Assembly (NCBI GenBank): GCA_051252135.1
Contig: JBPOGH010000016.1
Span: 32,001-96,000, forward strand
Length of the DNA stretch: 64,000 nt
Reading direction: 5' to 3'
DNA from: Verrucomicrobiaceae bacterium
Lineage (GTDB): Bacteria; Verrucomicrobiota; Verrucomicrobiia; Verrucomicrobiales; Akkermansiaceae
Below the pieces are notes generated by a model, which was given only the letters and a program-made list of their open reading frames with translations, was not told where the DNA came from and searched no databases. Position numbers and translations under genes: made by a program. Below are positions 59,756-64,000 of the stretch, piece after piece. Numbering within the stretch: the stretch's first letter is position 1; every line of letters begins with the position of its first letter.

Positions 59756-61747
59756 ATGAACCTCCTCCGGTCAGCGGCGATCATTCTCTCCCTCAACGGG
59801 CCTCTGACTGCTACCGCACAAGACCACATCCTCTTCATCCGCGGCGGCTCCGGCACCGTCGGGTTCTTCGAAGGCGGAGCCGACGAACAAGGCGCCTCGA
59901 TTGACAACTTCATCGACGACCAAACAAACCACGGCTGGGGCGAGCTCGCCACCGCCCTCGAAGCCGAAGGCTTCCTCCTCACCGAGATCAGCGAGGACAC
60001 CCCCTCCCCCAAATCACCCGTCCCCCTCGACACCCTCCCCCTCTCCGACTACGCCCTCATCGTCTTCGGCTCCAATAACGCCGTCTACACCACCGCCCAA
60101 ATCAACGCCTTCACCGCCTACATCCAACAAGGCGGCGCCGCCCTCTTCATCGCCGATGCCAACTTCGGCTCCAACTGGTCGGACGCCAGCAGCTCCGACA
60201 CCCAATTCCTCGCCCCCTTCGGCATCGAATCCAATCAGGACCAAGGCACCTACCAGGTCCGCCGCGCCGACTCCGACTTCCTCCTCCCCAACCACCCCGT
60301 CTTCACCGGCGTCTCCAGCTTCGATGGCGAGGGCGTCTCCCCCGGACTCCTCAACCCCTCCCTCGCCACCCTCACCGGAGTCACCCGCACCATCCTCGCC
60401 CGCGTCCCCTCCGGCAAATCCCTCACCCGCAATCCCTCCCCCCTCTTCAGCGGAAATCGCGGCCCTTCCCAAACAGCCACCTCCAGCGACGGCACCCTCA
60501 TCACCGCCTCCTACGGCTCCGGAAAAATCGCCCTCCACTTCGACCGCAACACCTTCTTCAACCTCGGCGGCGCCGGAACCAACATCAACCGCTTCCAAAA
60601 CGAACGCTACGCCCGAAACCTCTTCAACTGGCTCGCCGGAAAACCCGACTTCAACCCCGCCACCGACAACGCCCCGCCCCGCGCCCACCTCCAAAACCTC
60701 GCCCCCGAAATCGCCCTCACCGCCAACGGCTCCCTCAACCTCACCGCCAAAGCCTCCGATCCCGACGGCTCCATCACCTCGGTCCAACTCCTCGTCGACG
60801 GCCAACCCATCGCCACCGACTCCACCTCCCCCTACCAATTCACCCTCCCCAACCCCGGCTTCGGAACCCGCACCCTCACCCTCCGCACCACAGACAACGA
60901 CGGAGCCACCACCGACAACCAACGCACCCTCCTCCTCACCGACCCCGGCAACCTCCCCTCCCCCCTCGACCGCTCCAACTGGACCCTCACCAGCTCCGTC
61001 AACAACGGCAGCGAACTCGCCAACGCCATCGATGGCAACCTCTCCTCCCGCTGGCCCTCCCGCCAATTCCAAACCCCCGGCCAAACCCTCAACATCGACC
61101 TCTCACAACCCCAACTCTTCCAAACCATCGTCCTCGAGACCCCCGCCAACCCAAACGACTACCCCCGCGGATACCTCCTCAGCGGATCAAATGACGGCAC
61201 CACCTTCACCCAACTCGCCGTCGATCCCTCCACCCCCAACAACGCCACCACCACCATCACCCTCGACCGGCCCCGCCACTTCCGCTTCCTCCGCATCGAA
61301 CAAACCGGCTCCTCCTCAAACCGCTGGTGGTCCATCCACGAACTCAACATCCTCTCCCCCGCCCCCGGTGACCCCCTCCCCCTCGCCTCCTGGCAGGAAC
61401 TCCACAACATCTCCGATCTCTCCATCGACCCGGACCTCGACGGCCAAAACAACCTCCTCGAGTTCGCCTTCCACACCGACCCCCACGATAAATCATCCGC
61501 CCACCGGCCCGCCTTCCACCAATCCGCAGGCAGCCTCACCTTCTCCCACCGCCGCTGGACCGGAAACAACGGAGTCGATTACCTCATCCAGACCAGCCCC
61601 GATCTCACCACCTGGACCCCCGCCACCACCACCCCGCTCGGCACCCCCACCCCACTCGGCAACGGGGCCGAACTCGCCACCTTCCAAATCTCCCCGCCCC
61701 CCGGCTCCACCCCCTTCTTTGTTCGCCTTCGGGCGACCATCCCCTAA
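59756..61747 (+). CDS. Secreted modular protein: GATase-like/DUF4350 domain, Ig-like domain, F5/8 type C discoidin, verrucomicrobial-type C-terminal domain
   Basis: YIQQGGAALF; ASDPDGSI..V...ATD..PY..TDNDGA; AIDGNLSSRW...WWSIHE; DPDLDGQNNLLEFA, TSPDL..W and FVRL. Confidence 0.75.
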   Translation: MNLLRSAAIILSLNGPLTATAQDHILFIRGGSGTVGFFEGGADEQGASIDNFIDDQTNHGWGELATALEAEGFLLTEISEDTPSPKSPVPLDTLPLSDYALIVFGSNNAVYTTAQINAFTAYIQQGGAALFIADANFGSNWSDASSSDTQFLAPFGIESNQDQGTYQVRRADSDFLLPNHPVFTGVSSFDGEGVSPGLLNPSLATLTGVTRTILARVPSGKSLTRNPSPLFSGNRGPSQTATSSDGTLITASYGSGKIALHFDRNTFFNLGGAGTNINRFQNERYARNLFNWLAGKPDFNPATDNAPPRAHLQNLAPEIALTANGSLNLTAKASDPDGSITSVQLLVDGQPIATDSTSPYQFTLPNPGFGTRTLTLRTTDNDGATTDNQRTLLLTDPGNLPSPLDRSNWTLTSSVNNGSELANAIDGNLSSRWPSRQFQTPGQTLNIDLSQPQLFQTIVLETPANPNDYPRGYLLSGSNDGTTFTQLAVDPSTPNNATTTITLDRPRHFRFLRIEQTGSSSNRWWSIHELNILSPAPGDPLPLASWQELHNISDLSIDPDLDGQNNLLEFAFHTDPHDKSSAHRPAFHQSAGSLTFSHRRWTGNNGVDYLIQTSPDLTTWTPATTTPLGTPTPLGNGAELATFQISPPPGSTPFFVRLRATIP

Positions 61748-61774
61748 GCCCCCCGCTGCCTCACTGACTCCTCT

Positions 61775-61810
61775 CAAAAGAAAGGGCCGGTCATTACGAC
61801 CGGCCCTTTC
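61775..61810 (-). terminator. Rho-independent terminator (likely bidirectional)
   Basis: Minus strand gaaagggccggtc gtaat gaccggccctttc ttttg; 13-bp perfect stem. Confidence 0.85.
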
Positions 61811-61860
61811 CACACACATATGTTGAAACAAACAACAAGCAAAGCTCGGCCGTTTCTCCG
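61775..61860 (-). ncRNA. Candidate sigma54-dependent small RNA (~85 nt)
   Basis: Bounded by a near-consensus sigma54 promoter and a strong terminator whose U tract lies on the minus strand; no self-contained ORF. Confidence 0.6.
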
Positions 61861-61870
61861 AATAGTCAAA

Positions 61871-61887
61871 TGCAGCCTCCGTGCCAA
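61871..61887 (-). promoter_or_regulatory. Sigma54 -24/-12 promoter
   Basis: Minus strand TTGGCACGGAGGCTGCA versus consensus TGGCACG-N4-TTGCW. Confidence 0.75.
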
Positions 61888-62005
61888 TTCCGTCACTTTG
61901 ACCCCCCACCCGCCCTTCTTACCCCCTTCCCGACATTTTCTTATCGGAAGACGTGCGATCCTTCGAAAAGGATGATAGTTTCCCGCCGTAGCAAATCTGA
62001 CTGAC

Positions 62006-62722
62006 ATGAGTGATTGGACTGACATCGGCGAACAACTGAAAGCCACCCGCGAGGAACGTGGGCTGGAGCTTCCGGACGTCGTTCACCAGACCCGCATTCC
62101 CCTCGGAACCCTGCGCGCCCTGGAGGCAAATGACTACTCCGGCTTCCCCAGCCCGTCCTACGCCAAAAGCTTCCTCGCCCAATACTCCGACTTCCTCCAG
62201 ATCGATGCCGACGACTGGCTCGACTGCTTCGAGACCGGCAACGTCCTCTCCCACGGCGAAAACCTCGACTACCTCGTCCCTGACGACCCCGCACCCTCGC
62301 GCCCCGCTCCACGCCCCCGCGCATCCCATAAACCTTCCCGCTCCCGCGAACCCCGCGAGAGCAATGGCAACCTGACCCAGACCCTTCTCATCCTCGTCCT
62401 CACCGCCGCCCTCATCGGAGGCGCCATCTGGGGATTCCTCACCATCGAGAAGCGCATCAATACCGAAAATCCCGAGGTCGTCGATGACCCCGCCACCACG
62501 CCGAACCAGGGAGCTCCGGCTTCCACCAACACCCCGGCTCCTTCACCGACCCTCGAGAACACCCCGGTCACCATGCCTCCGGTAGCCGTCACCCCGCCCT
62601 CCATCGGCCCGGGACCCACCCCTCAGGCGGTCATTCCTCCCGTCACCCCTCCCGATGGCGTCCCCGTCATCGTCGACCCACCCAAGCCTCCTCCCCGCGC
62701 CATCATCGTGGAGGAAGATTAA
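62006..62722 (+). CDS. rodZ: RodZ-like HTH membrane protein
   Basis: IGEQLKATREERGL...TRI...LRALE...YAKSFL..Y; single TM helix; Pro-rich tail. Confidence 0.75.
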   Translation: MSDWTDIGEQLKATREERGLELPDVVHQTRIPLGTLRALEANDYSGFPSPSYAKSFLAQYSDFLQIDADDWLDCFETGNVLSHGENLDYLVPDDPAPSRPAPRPRASHKPSRSREPRESNGNLTQTLLILVLTAALIGGAIWGFLTIEKRINTENPEVVDDPATTPNQGAPASTNTPAPSPTLENTPVTMPPVAVTPPSIGPGPTPQAVIPPVTPPDGVPVIVDPPKPPPRAIIVEED

Positions 62723-62732
62723 AAGGTCGCTC

Positions 62733-64000
62733 TCACATCTCCCGTAACACCCTCAGGAACGGTTCGAGATACTTCTGCGCCTTCGCCTCCCCGATCCCCT
62801 TCACCAGCAGACCGGCCTCCAGAGTCGTCGGCCGCAGCCGTGCCAAATGCTCCAGCGTCTCGTTGGAAAAGATCACATACGCCGGCACCCGCTCCGCCTG
62901 CGCCAGCCGCGTCCGCACATCCCTCAGCTTCTCGTAGACCCGCGCATCAAATCCCATATCCTCCATCCCCACCCCGCCCGTCATCCCCTGCCCCTGACCC
63001 GGCCACTCCAGCGTAAAGCTCGTCTGCCCCCGCATCACCTGCTCCCCGCGCGGCGTCAGCGTCACCAGCGGATACTCACCCGCCTGCGTCACCAGCAATC
63101 CACCCTGGTGCAAGCTCCGGCACAGCGCATTCAAATAAGCCGTCCCCTCTTCCTTCAGCAACCCATACGTCGGAAGCTCGTTCAGATGCGCCCGCTGCAC
63201 TTCCTGTGACTTGCTCCCCACCAGCATCTGAACCACCCGCCCTCTTCCAAAACGCCCCTCCCAACCGCTCGCCCGCTTCTGCGACATCCGCGCCACCCCG
63301 CTCAAAAACTTCCGCACCACCAAATCCTCCTCATCCGTCGGCCCCCGCTGCTCCGTATTCTCCCCGCCCTGACACACATCACAGCTCCCGCAAATCGGCG
63401 CATCCACCTCCCCGAAGTATTCCAGAATCCACTGCTGCCGGCACGTGTTCGCGTAACAAAGCTGCACCATCTTATCCAGCTTGTCCCGGTCCCGCCGCTC
63501 CTTCTCCTCCAGCGCCCGCTCATCCACCGTCAGGTCCCGCGTCAGCACCTCCGGTCTCAAAAGCCGCGTCCCCTTCGCCCGCGATCCCGGCACGTCAAAT
63601 CTCTCCACCCAGCGCCCCCGCAGCAGGTAGCCCAGCGCACTTCCCAGCGCCATCGCATTCTTCGCCCCCGTCGCCTCCTTGATCTCATCCAAAGTACGAA
63701 CCACTTCGTAGTTCTCATCCGCATCGTTCAACAAAAATTCATACAGATCACGAATCATCTGCGCCCCCGGATTCACCCCCGCGATGAAAAAGTCCTGCGT
63801 CCGCGTGTCCGCATAATTAAAAAACAACTCACACACCGACGCCTCCCCGTCACGCCCCGCGCGCCCTGCTTCCTGATAGTAAGCCTCCACACTCCCCGGA
63901 ATCTCAAAGTGAATCACGAACCTCACATCCGACCGGTCAATCCCCATCCCGAACGCGTTCGTCGCCACCGCCACATCCGCCTCCCGGTTGATAAACTGGT
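62733..64000 (-). CDS. recQ: RecQ family helicase, 5'-truncated
   Basis: VATNAFGMGID, YYQEAGRAGRDG, Zn motif CR..CGSCDVC, RQC region, and HRDC (VPAYVIF..TL). Confidence 0.93.
   Translation of the reverse strand, partial: QFINREADVAVATNAFGMGIDRSDVRFVIHFEIPGSVEAYYQEAGRAGRDGEASVCELFFNYADTRTQDFFIAGVNPGAQMIRDLYEFLLNDADENYEVVRTLDEIKEATGAKNAMALGSALGYLLRGRWVERFDVPGSRAKGTRLLRPEVLTRDLTVDERALEEKERRDRDKLDKMVQLCYANTCRQQWILEYFGEVDAPICGSCDVCQGGENTEQRGPTDEEDLVVRKFLSGVARMSQKRASGWEGRFGRGRVVQMLVGSKSQEVQRAHLNELPTYGLLKEEGTAYLNALCRSLHQGGLLVTQAGEYPLVTLTPRGEQVMRGQTSFTLEWPGQGQGMTGGVGMEDMGFDARVYEKLRDVRTRLAQAERVPAYVIFSNETLEHLARLRPTTLEAGLLVKGIGEAKAQKYLEPFLRVLREM

Noticed and set aside
59901..61826. Long Ser/Pro/Thr-rich, Arg/His-rich or Gly/Glu-rich ORFs overlapping real genes (also 181-1392, 32883-34811, 44417-45559 and many others)
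   Set aside because: Shadow frames created by the extreme C bias and scarcity of stop codons; no motifs.
1..64000. tRNA, rRNA, CRISPR array, prophage or integrase
   Set aside because: None recognisable by eye; a covariance-model scan would be needed to exclude small RNAs fully.

Overview
64 kb of a GC-rich bacterial chromosome, most likely Verrucomicrobiota. Support: two PEP-CTERM proteins, PQQ-like propellers, a sulfatase, DUF1080, and mostly SD-less genes. The + strand is extremely C-rich whichever strand codes. 1-19 kb is a nitrate/nitrite assimilation cluster. It opens with a NirB-like flavoprotein fused to a His-rich membrane domain, a ~10-heme cytochrome c, a DUF3365-like heme lipoprotein, cytochrome c5 and a globin. 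Then come an Nrt-type ABC transporter, a porin, NirA, a DmsB-DmsC-like fusion and a NarB/NasA nitrate reductase. Four of these units share a sigma54-type promoter plus a conserved ATGAAT-N5-TCAT palindrome. 19-40 kb holds mixed metabolic genes, small AT-rich insertions, a TAG-interrupted hydrolase, an SF1 helicase, an ankyrin-YkuD protein and a partial ebo cluster with vapBC. 40.7-47.9 kb is an eight-gene fatty-acid modification operon resembling furan fatty acid synthesis. 48-51.8 kb is an AT-rich island: a GNAT-PIN-GNAT-PUA-like gene plus an ASCH gene sit inside a split IS200/RAYT-type transposase, next to REP-like palindromes and a second PIN TA pair. 52-64 kb holds housekeeping and secreted proteins, a candidate sigma54-dependent small RNA, rodZ-like and partial recQ. 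All calls come from reading motifs by eye; no database searches were run.
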